From: Eledone cirrhosa
Lineage: Eukaryota
Direction of reading: 5' to 3'
DNA length: 64,000 bases
Assembly: GCA_964016885.1 (NCBI GenBank)
Contig: OZ024744.1
Span: 70,680,001 to 70,744,000, forward strand
The notes below the pieces were generated by a model, which did no database searches, was not told where the DNA came from, and saw only the letters and a list, made by a program, of their open reading frames with translations. Of the stretch, positions 11,400 to 24,549 are shown in pieces (within the stretch, counting starts at the first letter, position 1; each line of letters opens with the position of its first letter). Both the position numbers and the translations under genes were made by a program.

Positions 11400-14290
11400 T
11401 TGTCATCCGACTATTGCGAGAAAACCAAAACCAATACCAAACCATTTTAATATTGGTTGTTGGAATGTTCGGACATTGTTAGACTGTGAACCTACATAGT
11501 CTCGCCCTGAAAGAAGATCAGTTCTTGTGGCGAAAGAGCTTCAGTATTATAATGTTTTAGCCAGGTCTGAAACCAAGTTTACTGAAGAGAGTTATTTTCA
11601 GGAACCGTCTGATAGATATACCTTTTATTGCAATAGGTCAGAACGATGCAGAAGGGTGGCTGGAGTGGCATTTGCTGTTAAAAATACAATTCCAGACTAG
11701 ATGAGTTTCCCTGTGGCTTCTCTGATCGGCTCATTTCTATGAAGTTTCCACTATCCAAGAATAGGTTCGCTACATTTGTGAGTGTATATGCCCTGAGTAT
11801 GTGCTCTACGGGTGAAAAGATTGCCTTTTATCTTTCTTTACAGAAACTTGACCAAAAAATCCCTCGATCCGATAAAATTTTATTACCTAGGGATTCTAAT
11901 GCTAGGATTGGAAAGGGCCACAGAACTTGGCATGTGATTGGTAAACATGTGGTTGGAAAATGTAATGGCAATGGCTCGTTACTCCTGCAAATATGCCAGG
12001 GGTTAGGTCTTTGTATAATTAAGAATTTCTTCCAACACAAAGACCACCTGGATACATTCTGGATACATTCAGGTTCAAAGTAGTGGCATATGATAGATTT
12101 TATTCATGTGCGTAGGTATGTTTTCGACACATATGTAATGTCCGTAAGTTGTGGAAAGATGAATGCTGGAGAGTCCATCGTCTTGTTCGCGCTAAAGTGA
12201 AAATTGTGGTGAAACCGAAAATATGAGCAAGTGGTGTTACTATTCCAAAGAAATTAAATTTTTTTTTCGGATTTAAAATGCTTCACTAAAGGGTGAGTCC
12301 ATGAGGAAGTTAGACAAGATTCAATGTGATGACACATGGAAAGATTTCAAAACTTCGGTTTCAATACTTCGGTAGTTGCTCTTGGTTTAGTTGATAGGAA
12401 ACATCGAGATTGGTTTGATAAAAATGTGGAAGATATTCAAGTACTATTTAATGAAAAAAAGACAGCGATGATGAGAGGGTTTGCAGGAGGGCATGGAACT
12501 AGAAGAAGAGAAATATAGTTGAAGGAGACAAAGGGTAACATACGGCACTAACTCTGTAGCAGGCAAGGTGCATTGTGAAGAAATAAAGCGGAGGAGATTC
12601 AAGCTTCAGTTGATGCCAACAATACAAGTCTACTTTACAGCTAATTACGAAAAGTCTATGGTCCTTTTCTTCTCTAATTGCATCTCTGAAATTTGAAAAT
12701 GACGAATTGATTAGAAACCGAGAAGACAACCTTTTGAGTTGGGGGGAACTTTTTTCAATAAAGCTTTGAAAAGGCCTTCTGAAATCAATGAAGAGTTTAT
12801 TAATTCAATTCCTAATTGGCCTATAAATGAGATGTAATAACAAAATATCATATATTGGAGGAGGAGGAGGAAATGACTGTAAAAAAAACTCAATAATGAA
12901 AATTCACCAGAGGTAAATGGTATTGTTTTGGAATATTGAAATGTAAAAGTGGAAACATTCTTCGACTTCTTACAAACCTGTTAGCTATGGTTTGGAGAAA
13001 GACAGCATTACCCAAGATTGGAAAGATGCATTGATGGTGGTACTTTATAAAGGAAAAGGTTCAAAGAAAGGTTGTGGTAATTATCGTGAGATAGCCCTCC
13101 TGTCAGTTGTGGGAAAAGTCTTGTGTAAGATCATGCTGGACAGATTGCTTGATAACATCACTGGCAATGTTCTCCCTGAGTCACAGTGTGGCTTTAGACA
13201 GGCCAGATCATGTGACTTTAGACAGCAGACATGATCTTCTCTATAAGGCAACTACAGGAGAAGTGCATTGAACAGAGAATGGATTTGTATAATATTTTTG
13301 TTGACATGACAAAAGCTTTTGATCGATTGAATAGGAGTACCTTATGGAAGATTCTGACTAAGCTCGATAGTCCTGACAGGTTCATATCAATTCTGAGAGG
13401 TTTTCATGATGGTAAGTAAGATTGTGTCAATATAGGGAGACAGGTGTCAAGTCCCATTTTTGCTGAAAATAGGACAACATAGGAGGATAATCCGTCACCC
13501 AATCTTGGTGCATTGTATTTTCCTATGCTTGTTTCTTTGAGGATTGCACTCATGGAATTTTTTTTATCAGGTATCGTGTGATGGGTATGTTGTTTAACCT
13601 GCGCGATTTTCTATCTGTGAAGGCGCATGGCTTAGTGGTTAGAACATTGGGCTTGCAATCGGAAGGTTGTGAATTCGATTCTAGGACCGGATGATGCATT
13701 ATGTCCTTGAGCAAGACATTTTATTTCACGTTGCTCCAGTTTACTCAGCTGTAGAAATGAGTTGCAACGTCACTAGTGTCAAGGTGTATCGGTGATTGCC
13801 TTTCCCTTATACATCATCGGTGGCGGGGAGAAGGAAGGCTGATATGCATGGGCAACTGCTGGTCTTCCACAAACAACTTTGCCCGGACTTGTGCCTCGGA
13901 GGGGAACTTTCTAGGTGCAAATGTCATGGTTATTCCTGACCGAAGGAGTCTTTTCTTCTATCTCAACAAAGGTGTTTACTGCTTTAATACGTGAGTTTTT
14001 GTATGCAGATGATTGTGATCTTGTTGCTCACTATGCGAGTGACAGACAGCTCTGGATAGATTCTTTTTCGGGGGCTTGCAGCGCATTGGGTCTGACAGTC
14101 TGGCCAAGACAGTTATCATGTATCAATCGATTCCGAGAAGGATATCGCTGAGCCTAGCATTTATGTGTCTGGCAAGAAATTGAACGATGTGGACAAAGTT
14201 TTGTATTTAGGTAGGATAGTTAAGATGACAAACACCCTTGATGGTGAAATCTTTTTACGACTAAAGAAAGCAAGTGATTCTTTTGGGATT
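11400..14290 (+). mobile_element. RTE-BovB-like LINE, near full length but heavily degraded (APE endonuclease + RT)
   Basis: NIGCWNVRTLLD...RPERRS (APE); LYKGKGSKKGCGNYREIALLS, PESQCGFR, FVDMTKAFD, EFLYADDC (RT). Many stops and frameshifts; interrupted by a SINE. Confidence 0.9.
13617..13955 (+). mobile_element. tRNA-derived SINE, second family, inserted in the RTE RT
   Basis: A-box tggcttagtgg, B-box-like gaattcgattc, central tgtccttgagcaagacattttatttcacgttgctccag. TSD ttctatct at 13609-13616 and 13956-13963. Confidence 0.85.
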
Positions 14291-15059
14291 AGACGTGCGT
14301 TACATGGGTCGAGTTGGAATTGAGAAAGTATCGACTCCAGGATCGAATTAACTTTTTTTTAACGACCTCGAAAGGTTGAAAGGCAAAGGTGATCTCGACG
14401 CGATTTGAACTAAAAGAGTGCAAACAGCTGGAACAAATACAGCAAAGTATTCTACTCGATGTTCTAGTCTAGGTGACTTTCGCAAATAAAGTGGTGATGG
14501 TGGTGGCGGTGGTTGACTAAGACTGATTGCAGCGTTTTTAATCAAAGCGAACTCTGAATATTCGATTGCTAAATGACTTCCATTCTAACACAGAGATAAC
14601 ATTCTTCTTGGCAATTCTTTGTCATGCCATCGATGTGAGTGTTCGTGTGTCCTGAATAGGGCATATAGTCGAGCCATCGTTCGTACTTTAGTGTCTGGAT
14701 CCAGTCCAGTAGTACCTGCTGATTTGAAGAATATCCAGGTTGTATCTCCTTATTTATCTCAATACTTGTGTTGATTTTGCTGCTTCATACACGGTGCGTA
14801 TATTGCTTGTTCTTATGCGTATGCTATCTTCAGGCCTGAGGTGACTATCTCCTATATATCTAAATTTCTTCTGAGCGCTTTCACAGGGAATTAGTCATTT
14901 TGTCTATTGCCTGGCTCAAATCTACTTCAGTGCTTCATCGACAAAGTTTTCGTAACAGAAATATTTTTTACTGGATGAAGTTATTGGCTTCATGCCTAAA
15001 CCCCAAAACTGGAGAACCAGATACCAGATTTTGTCAGGCCGTTATTCTGAAACCTGTCC

Positions 15060-15620
15060 GGTTTATTACGAACCAAAGTGAAACGAAACACCATATTCAA
15101 GTGCCTCTTTGCAGACGATTGTGCTCTACATGCAGGTTCAGATTTTGATTCAGGGTTGCTGAAGTGGGTGAAAAGGATCCCTCTATCCCTGTGGTGACTG
15201 GCCTCACCAACATCCCCAAAGAAGATCGAAGTTATGTAAAAACCAATCCCTTGTGTGATGCCCACTACATCAATTTCTAACTATTGGCAGATCCATATAC
15301 CTTAGCAGCACTCTTTCAAGAAAATATGACGTAAACTGCAGAAGTCTGAAGCCACCACCACCTTAGGAAGGCCTAGCAAGAACGTTTGAGATAGAAAGTG
15401 TTTCAACTCGAAACCAAGTTGAAGGTCTACAAAACGGTTGTTCTACTAAATTTATTGTATACTAGGGAAATGTGAACTATTTACAGTATGTACAGCCACA
15501 AACTTAATAGATTTTACCTGAAATATTTGCAAAACATGCTACACATTCTTTGGAAAGACACGGTAACAGACACTGAGATTCTCAGTAGTGCTCTGTCGAC
15601 TAACATTCACACTCTCCTAT
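15060..15620 (+). mobile_element. RTE-BovB-like LINE fragment
   Basis: LRTKVK...CLFADDCALHAGS, followed by ETKLKVYKTVVL-like remnants. Confidence 0.65.
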
Positions 15621-15767
15621 GCCCGGGATGACTTTGGCCTCACAGTGACCAGTATATATATTAACAAAAAAAAAAAAACTTTACAAGAACCATCCAGCGC
15701 TTGCAATGACGGTTAACCGTTGATGAGAATGCATACGTTGCAGTACTCTCTCAAGAATCGTTTACAT

Positions 15768-15930
15768 CAGTCATGGGCATACAGCGGCCCGCGAGCTACA
15801 TGCAGCCTGTTTGGATTTCTGAATAGCCCATTTAATTTTGAAATTGCCTTGAATCTTTTAATAGTGCGATCTGCCTTATGATGAGCCACATCCTAAGCGA
15901 TCTAATTCTCGAAAAAGTTGCCCATACCTG
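15768..15930. mobile_element. Short hAT-type MITE
   Basis: Ends cagtcatgggca / ttgcccatacctg, subterminal gcggcccgcg, 8-bp flanks gtttacat / atctacat (6/8 match). Confidence 0.55.
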
Positions 15931-16853
15931 ATCTACATCAACGAAGAATTCAGCAGCAGAATCTCCGTTCGAGCATCATTTTTTTTTTTATGTACACTTA
16001 TCAAGAGTGTGCGATAAGAAATGAATCGGACATCAAACGAAGCTGAAGTTCTACAAAGCTGTCCTGTCAACTTTGCTGTATGCCAATGAGACGTGAACGA
16101 GATCTGAAAGAAGATTTACAGTCTTCTAAAACCGATTAGATTGATGTCGTTAGTTTTCCACTTAAATTGTTACAAGTCAACCACTGTAAGAAAGATGTGA
16201 GTCGGCTGGGTGGGTGTATTTCCAGAAGACCAAAGTTCTGGAATAGAAGAACTCGGAATAGTAGGTAGTACGGGATGTTGAGTGTGTGTGTGTGGGGGGG
16301 GGGGGGGGTTAGGGTGGTGGAGGGTTGCAGAGAATATGTAAGTCGGAAATGTTTGAGTAAATATGACATTAGACCATTCAACTCCAAGAAGCTAAGGACA
16401 CTGTAGCAGCATTAGAAAAGGCAGAAAGAAGAATGTTTGTGAGTTCAAGCGCGTCTATGAATGACTTTACGCGAACCAATCATGTTTCCTTTCTCAGAAT
16501 ACGGTCTAGGTTGTCTGTGTAAATAGTAGTAACAACAGCACCTTTGCATGTGTGGTAGCAGTACTCCATTGTGGGTATCACCTGAGCTTTGCAGAGAGTT
16601 AATCATGTTGGGGAATGAAGAAGTTTTCACCCCGTAGAGAAAGAGAGGGATCAGTCAGGTTAGTTTTAATATAGTGTGGAAATTCCATCAGTGATGGAAT
16701 ACCAACTGCAAACTGTCATTCTACTTATAAAGCCAATACGACTAAGGGTTAAGTAAACCTTCACTCTTTAGTAATATCATTTTGTAGGTGAGGACTGTGT
16801 TTGCGACTCCGTCACTCAACCGCTTAATGCCAATCATAATTATATATATAGAT

Positions 16854-17047
16854 GGGCGGTGAATTGGCAGTATCGGTAGAGGGTCGGACGCCATGCTTTG
16901 ACGCATAGAGTTACGGTCCTTGCCATTCTGAGTTCAAATCCTGCCGAGGTTAACTTTGCCTTTCATCCTTACGGGGTCGATAAAATAAAGTACCAGTAAT
17001 GCACTGGGTAATTGCTGGTTTTGTGCCAAAAGTAGAAACAATAATTA
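16854..17047 (+). mobile_element. tRNA-derived SINE (same family as 9652)
   Basis: Full head, B-box gagttcaaatcc, and gtagaaacaataatt tail. Confidence 0.9.
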
Positions 17048-17347
17048 TATATATATATGTAGTAATAATAATAAATTTGAAGACTAAAATCGAAAGAGGG
17101 CTCGATAAGGATAGATATATATCAAATATATAAGAACCGTGGAGCAAATATTTATTAAAATAACAGATTAAAGTTTAAGCAAAGAATCGCTGCTTTCACC
17201 CTTAACGGGATCTTCTGAAACTAAAAAAGTCAATCTGTGAACGCAGAAGTAAATATTTCAAAAAAGTTGCAACCGAAGGAAGACAGGAAGACGATACTTT
17301 GGTTTGTGGAAACGTTCTCTGGCAAAGAACGGGAAAAAACGAAGATA

Positions 17348-18924
17348 GAAGATGGTCATGCCATCTGGCCTTTTGCCGTCCCTTTGATCCAGCCCCACCG
17401 GCTCGATCTGGGAAGGGTAGCCTGCAGCGTCCAAGCCATGCTTAATGACCTCGTTGAGGTCAACATGACGTGGAATGCGGCCGGCACTGTGGCGACAGGA
17501 AAGCGGGTGGAGGCCGAAAGAGTCCACGGTGGAACCGCAGCGACATTGGTGTGGCTGGCAGATCCGGAGGCCGAGCCTCTGGGAAATGCCGATTCGCAGA
17601 CTATGGTTGTCTAACTGCGTGCCAGTGGAGAAGGAGGGCAGGGCATCACTGGAGCCAGGCACCACTGTGGAGTTTGGAGGCCGCACGAAAACAAGCAAGG
17701 CGGTGCTGGTCGAGCTGGCGCGTGAGCCTGTCTGAGGCCAGGCTGCACTGGATATTATCCCAAGTGCGTTGGGGGGACTTGACGTCAACAGGGGGAGAAG
17801 GAGGAGGGACGTCTACTGGGCTAAGTCCCAGCCGGTCCCACGTCTCACAGGCGGCCTCACGTCCTCTGAACACAGAGGGTTCTGTTATGTTTTGAAGAAC
17901 CCGGCTGACGAGGACGCGGCACGAGGTTACCGACGAAAGATACGCTGGCAAAGCTAGTCAGATCGGGGACCGGAGGCCAAGGCCGCCATACTTGACAGGT
18001 AAAGTGGCCTGTTGCCACCATATGTCGTCAAACTTGACGTTGCATATCCCCTCGGCTGCTGCTCGGATACAAGTATCGAGGTCAGCGAGGAGAGATGTCT
18101 GGGTGTAGCATGGAGCGCTGCGGAGTGTATAGAAGAGCTTCGGTATGGCGAAGCAGTTCCTCAGCAGAAAGAGAGCTGGGTGGCCACCAATAAAGCCCAG
18201 TCGGCTCATGAGCGTCTGGAGCTGTTGAAGCCTGGACCTGATGGTGGAGCGGATGGCCGGTGGGTGGATCGGTGACCCGAGGATGAGGAGATCCTCTTTG
18301 AGGGTCACCTGAACCTGGCGGAGAATGGACCGCACGTCCAAGACGGAGGCTGCAAAGCTCGCAGCATCGAGGCTGACGTTCACCACCTCCGACTTGGCGG
18401 AGTTGACCTGGAGGCCGATTCCCGCCAGGGCAGGAACCACCGATTGAAGGTCATGACAGACCGTCCGTACGAGCCCGCCCAACATAGCATCATCCAGATA
18501 CCAAACGTTGAGAGGGGCCGTGATACTCCGGGCAATGTGGTCAATACGAAGGGCGAATAGGAGGGGTCCCAAAGGGTCGCCCTGTTGGACCCCAGTAGCC
18601 GAGGGTATGACTGTATCAGCAGCAAGGAGCATGCTTGGGGCTCCATTTGACAGGTAGGCCAGAGGGTAGGCAGAGGGAGCACGGCTGAGGCAGGCCTTGA
18701 GCAGATGATCCCAGCGTAAAGAGTTGAAGGCATTCCTCATGTCAAGCTTGACAATGCGGTGCTTGGAGTCCCTGGATGACGGTTCCGATGGGCAGCCGTT
18801 GAAGAACTGCCTGGTTGCATAAGCGGCCCCCTCACAACCACCGGACACGCCGACACCCAGTTGCACCGGACTAAACTCCTCACCCAGTTCGTGTGTTACG
18901 GACTTGCAGATCACCTTGGCAGAC
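17348..18924 (-). mobile_element. CRE-clade retrotransposon body (RT, zinc knuckle, start of RLE); inverted 5' segment
   Basis: KLDMRNAFNS, GVQQGDPLGPLLF, WYLDDA, QQATLPVKYGGLG; CRCG...HPLSC...RH; RPDGMTIF. Confidence 0.92.
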
Positions 18925-19220
18925 TGACCCAGGTTCTACTGCACGTCGAGCTGAGGTGGCCAAACTCCTCAAATACCGGTCACTCTCCGACAGGTTTGCG
19001 GTCATACCCCTGGCAGTGGAGACTTCTGGTGTCCTCGGCCCCAGGGCTACCTCCTTACTCACCACCATAGGCGCTGAGCTGGCCAGCCGCAGGTGTGAGC
19101 CCCGCGAGTTGGAGTGGCTTTTCCAGCGCGTCTCCCTTGCCGTCCTCCGGGGAAACGCCTTCTCCATTCTGTCCGCCGGGGATGTGGGTGGGCCCCATCG
19201 CGTACCGTTGTTGTTGTTGT
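18923..19220 (+). mobile_element. CRE-clade 3' terminus in opposite orientation, with (GTT)n tail
   Basis: TDPGSTARRAEVAKLLKY...AVETSGVLGP...WLFQRVSLAVLRGNA, then gttgttgttgttgt. Confidence 0.9.
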
Positions 19221-19823
19221 ATACAGATATTAACTCATCAATCCCATTATTATTAATTTACCTTTCATCCTTACGGGGTCGATAAAATAAAGAACCAGTC
19301 ACGCACTGGGTTCAATTTAAACATCTTCCCCTTCCCCCAAATTACTGGCATTGTGCCTATATAAGAAACCATTATTAAACAATACGTCATTATTTGGAGC
19401 GGTGAAAACAATTACACGCAAAGACAAAACCACATTTATGGTATAAATGAAGTCGTAGACTAATATTCTATTAGGTGGTTCATGGAGACGTTCTCTGGCA
19501 ATGAACGAAGAAAATACGTCATTATGTGGAGCGGTGAGAACAATTGTACGCAAAGACAAAACCACGTTAATGGTATAACTGAAGTCGTAGACTAAAATTC
19601 TATTTTTTGACTTTCTAAATAGATTTTAACACGCCTTTAACAACAGAAAATTGAAAAATAAAAGCTGCAGTTAATATCTTTAGACCGCAAGGAATATATA
19701 AATGCAAGTTTGAAGTCAATCGGAGTAGAAATGTGGATTTGTATAGACTTTGCAAAAATGAGGACACACACACACAGACAATTTCAATTTTATATATATA
19801 TATAGATAGATGTATAGATAGAT

Positions 19824-20531
19824 TTCTTTATTAGCCACAAGGGCGCAACAAGAAAGGGGACAATACAAAGACATGCCGGGGATTTTACATACAGTCGTGT
19901 AAAAAATATAAAAACAAACAATTTCAACAATCGAAATCCCCAATAGGGGGGAGGCGCCACAAATGGGTTGTTTAATACCCCGTCGATAGAACAACCCTCA
20001 ACTCGAGGAGCGTGTTGTGCAAGTGCTCCTTTCTTCCTTTTTCTCTCTTCCTCAACCTACAGGCTTATAAACAGAGAAGGCCCAATCACTCGGGCCATTT
20101 TCGCTTCATTCACCCACCTTTCAGTAAATTTACTGGGGTGCAGTGCCTCTCTCTCCACCCTGATTCTCCTTCTAAAGTGATACTTAAAGAAGGGAATCAA
20201 TTGTTGTCCGGAGAGAAAGGCATCTGTCCTCAGTCCTCTCAACCTCGTCCACCATATAACTTCTTTCACCATAGCCACCGTACAGAGGAAAACCGCCTCT
20301 CTTTCGTTTTTGAAAGAGTCTGGCGGTTTGATCCTTACTATGGACTCGGCAGTCAACTGTATTTGTCCCATACGCGACAGCAGTTGTTCTGCATAGTTCC
20401 ACAGGTCGCTTACGCCCGGGCAGTGTACAATTGCGTGCAGAACTGTTTCAATGTCCTGCGCACATCTTGGACACGTCCTCTTGGAAGGATCCCTGCCAGG
20501 GCGTCCGTGCCTGTAGATCTTGTCACGAACG
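19824..20531 (-). mobile_element. L1/Tx1-clade LINE 3' end in a (GATA)n microsatellite
   Basis: CPRCAQDIETVLHAIVHC zinc knuckle, VKEVIWWTR motif, AATAAA before an (ATCT)n tail. tagatgtatagatagat on both flanks. Confidence 0.75.
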
Positions 20532-21109
20532 GTAGATGTATAGATAGATAGATGTATAGATAGATATCGTTTTTTTAAAATGTATCATGGATTACAGAAG
20601 ACAGTGTAACACAGTCTTCGTTCAATTTTTGTACATATTGTCAATTACGATTTTATTTGATGTATCATATCTACATGCATATATATTTGCGTATAATATA
20701 AATATGCACACTACACATGCTAGCAGAAAACCACCCGATGGGTAGTTTTTCTGCTAGTAAAAATAACAAATATGCACAGAAACATTTTTACTCATGCACA
20801 CTCACACATACGTGCGCGCGCACACACACGCGCGCGCACACGCGCACGCACACACGCGCACGCACACACGCACACATACACACACACCAGGCCAATTTTT
20901 TTTCATTTTCGTTTCATACATAAACAAAGAAACAACAATAACAATAATAGGTGAGTCGGTCATTCAACTTGTCTGCGATCATACTGGGGCAACGTCTTCA
21001 AGAAGTTTTTCGATCATATCGACCCTAATACCTATTTCAACCTAGTATTTGGTGTAATTTGGTGCAATTAAAAAATATAAGAACTCATAATTCATAAGTT
21101 CAAACATCG

Positions 21110-22300
21110 TTATCCCAATAATACGGGCCGGGTGGTATGGCAAACGTTGTCTGGCGTATGGAACTCCAGGTATAGGCCACCTCGTTATCCCGGAGAATGG
21201 TGAGGGAGACGCGTTGGAATCTCCATTCCAATTCGCGGTGGCTCGCTCCTGTGGGTGGCCAACTCCGCCCCGATAGTAGTTAGTAGGGAGGTGGTCTGGA
21301 GAAACAAGCACACCAGAAGTCTCCACTGCAACAGGTTCGACAACTAACCTATGGAAGAGCAGCCTTATACTTCGATGGCTTACGATCCTCGGCTTGACGA
21401 GCAGCGAAGCCTGGGTTAACCGTCAAATGAACCAGGTTGTCGTCGAAAAAGGTTTCATTAGTCGTAGCGTCCTGGATGACGAGCCTATTACCGTAGAACG
21501 GGGAGATCGCGATGATGCCCTCAGGACTTTTGTCGTTCCCTCGCGTCAGCCACGCCGACACGAACTGGGAAATGAAGCATGTGGCGTCCAAGTCATGCTT
21601 TATGATTTTGTTGAGAAGCGACCCAACGGCCAAAATACTTCACAATGAATCAACAACAGCACTTCTGTGACTCGTAGATCCGGATGCCGAGCCTCAAAGA
21701 AACAACAATGCTGAAACAGTTGCTGTCTAGCTGAGTTCTGGTTGATAGCAATGTTATAGGTGTTAAGTCTAGCACTGCTGTAGGGTTAGGAGGCCGAGTG
21801 AACGCATACCACACGATGCTAGTAAAGCCGGTGCACAAACCGGTTCGAGGCCATGTCACAATGCGTGACGTCCTAATTGATTTGGGTGTCTGGGCGTCTT
21901 CAGAGAAGAATGGGGTTAGACATCCGCAGGACTGGGGCTGAGACGGTACCAGATCACATAGCCCGCATTGCGTTCCCCGAGTACAGTAGGTTCCGTTGTA
22001 TTGTGAAGAACCTTGTTGATGAGGACACACTTGCGTCTTCCAGTTAATAGCACCATGCATAAAGGCCGGGACTCGATTTTCCTTTGCTTACGCAAGTGCG
22101 TTGTCCTTTCCACCCCGTCCCATACAGGATACTGAGGAAATCGTTATACTGCCAGGCATACAGGCTACCAGAAAATGATCCAGCGGTGCATAATCTCCAT
22201 ACTGATGATAATCAGTTACTCCAGCCCCACCGTCTAATACTGACCGGGAATGGGAGCACATTATAGGCAGTTCTTACGAGCAAAAGCAATATGGCTACCT
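21110..22300 (-). mobile_element. Degraded CRE-clade element
   Basis: SLRLGIRIYESQKCC; QDATTNETF...NPGFAARQAEDRKPSKY; VETSGV. Confidence 0.7.
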
Positions 22301-23299
22301 CAATTTTTCATAACCTATTCCATAATAGTTTTTTTTTTCTTTCCTCGACCGTCTCCTTCTACTGACCAGGTACAATAGCTTTCTTAACCTACTTAATTAA
22401 GCCGTACATCCACCCTAGTGGCGAATTGGAAGAGTCGTTAGAACGTCGGATAGAATGTTTTATTGCATTCGTTCCAGTTCAAATCCCACCAAGGTCAACT
22501 TTGCCTTTCATCCTTTCGAGGTCGATAAAAAAAGCACCAGTATAGTACTGGGGTCGATTCTTCCTCTATATCTCTTTCTCACCCCCTCTCTCTCTCTCTC
22601 TCTCTCACTTTCTATCTTTCTCTGGAAGAAATCTGGAGAGGGATGGGCTTCACTAGGCTTAAAATACCCAAGAAATGCCGTATATCAATACGGCGCCCAT
22701 ACGACACCATCAGGAGTTACGGCACCATACATACGTACTTACATACATCTATCCTACTCTATATCATGAATTTCTTTGCTTACTATATTCCGCCTACCTT
22801 TGTATCTTTGGCTGGATATCATTTGTTTCAGTCCCGCCCAAATGTTCTGTATCACACTTATCGTCCATTTCTTTTGCAGGATGACATCTTGCTGCATTTA
22901 CAGCATTTCATTTCTTTCACGTTTCTTTTCCTTCCTGTCAACAATTGTTGCCTGGGCTGCGCGAAAAGTAAGAAAGAGTTATCTAACCCTTGACCATCGC
23001 TGTAATTGATAAAGTTCTATTCTTGACGTTACAGAAGCTTGCAGCACGTTTCCTATTAACCCCGTCTCTGTATTAGTACGTTTCTCTCACTTCCTTAGTT
23101 CCCCCATCTGCTCGTTATCATTCTTACCTCCTTCTCCTCTGTATGCCTCTTTCTCGCCGTCTTTCTCTATCACTCTATCTGTCTTAGTATGCCGCTACTA
23201 CTGCCTGTCGTCTCCCTCAGTTAAGTTCTCTCACCTCTACTCCTATATTGTGTGTGTAATTAGGTTTGTATGCATATATATATATATATATATATACAT

Positions 23300-23497
23300 A
23301 TAGGAAAATGTTCAAGACCCCGACGGCAGAGCTCAAACCGTTTCGACGGCTATTTCTGGACGCAGAAATAGCCGTCGAAACGGCTTGAGCTCTGCCGTCG
23401 GGGTCTTGAACATTTTCCTATTACCCACTCTACTACCCTAAGTATTGAGTACTCTGGTGCGTTATGGTCCACCTGGTTCCTTACCGCACTTCCTTCG

Positions 23498-23500
<3 letters not shown>
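23300..23500. repeat. Short (TA)n-flanked element with fold-back (family also at 33425-33950 and 39135-39285)
   Basis: 23300-23358 is the reverse complement of about 23363-23421; shares ttacccactctactacc...tggtccacctggttccttacc with the other copies. Confidence 0.8.
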
Positions 23501-23549
<49 letters not shown>

Positions 23550-23715
23550 TAAAATAACAGATTAAAGTTTAAGCAAAGAATCGCTGCTTTCACCCTTAAC
23601 GGGATCTTCTTTGCTTAAACTTTAATCTGTTATTTGCTCTACGGTTCTTATATATTTGATATATATTTTCCTTATCGAGCCCTCTTTGGATTTTAGTCTT
23701 CAATTTTATTATTAT

Positions 23716-23753
<38 letters not shown>

Positions 23754-24054
23754 TCTGTAAAACAACTGATGTTATTGCATTGAGCTATTTATCTTACTGG
23801 TAATAAGATAGTAATGAATTACTGTCTTTCACTATTTAGAGTTTAAAATATATATAACTATAAAAGGTTTTATTATATACATAACCATAAATAGTATCCT
23901 TAATATATATATATATATATATTTGTAAAAGGAAAAGAAAATGCTGACAAATTGTTCCCAGTGAAAAATAGTTTAATTAGGAACAAGTAAAAATTAGTAA
24001 TAGTATTGGTTAGTATTCAGTTTTGGTATTCAGTTTTGGTCATACTTGACGACT

Positions 24055-24098
<44 letters not shown>

Positions 24099-24099
24099 C

Positions 24100-24131
<32 letters not shown>

Positions 24132-24549
24132 AGTCGTCAAGTACGAAATTTGTAGAAATTTTTTTTTTCTACAAATTTCTATAAATTTCATACTTGACGA
24201 CCCACAACCCCTTGGATTGTGTCTATTATATTCCTTTGTTAAATTTCGGAATACGTGATGATGTCATCGGATTCATACTGAACCCAGTCATTGAAATGTT
24301 CATAGTATAATAAACCTTTAAGGAATTACACCAGTCCAGCCTCTTGTTATTTTATAATAATTAACTCCGTACTCGCACCACCAACACAAACGAAGACGGG
24401 TGAGTTGCATTACGTCGAGTGCTCTCCCTAATATTACATCAAGGTTGACTATACGGAATGACCAGTTCTATCCAAATGGTGAACCAACAAACCTAAATGT
24501 ATATATACTGTATATATATATATATATATATACGCACACATACAAACAT

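Noticed and set aside
13617-13695. tRNA gene
   Set aside because: A/B boxes continue into a SINE body with a TSD; no complete cloverleaf.
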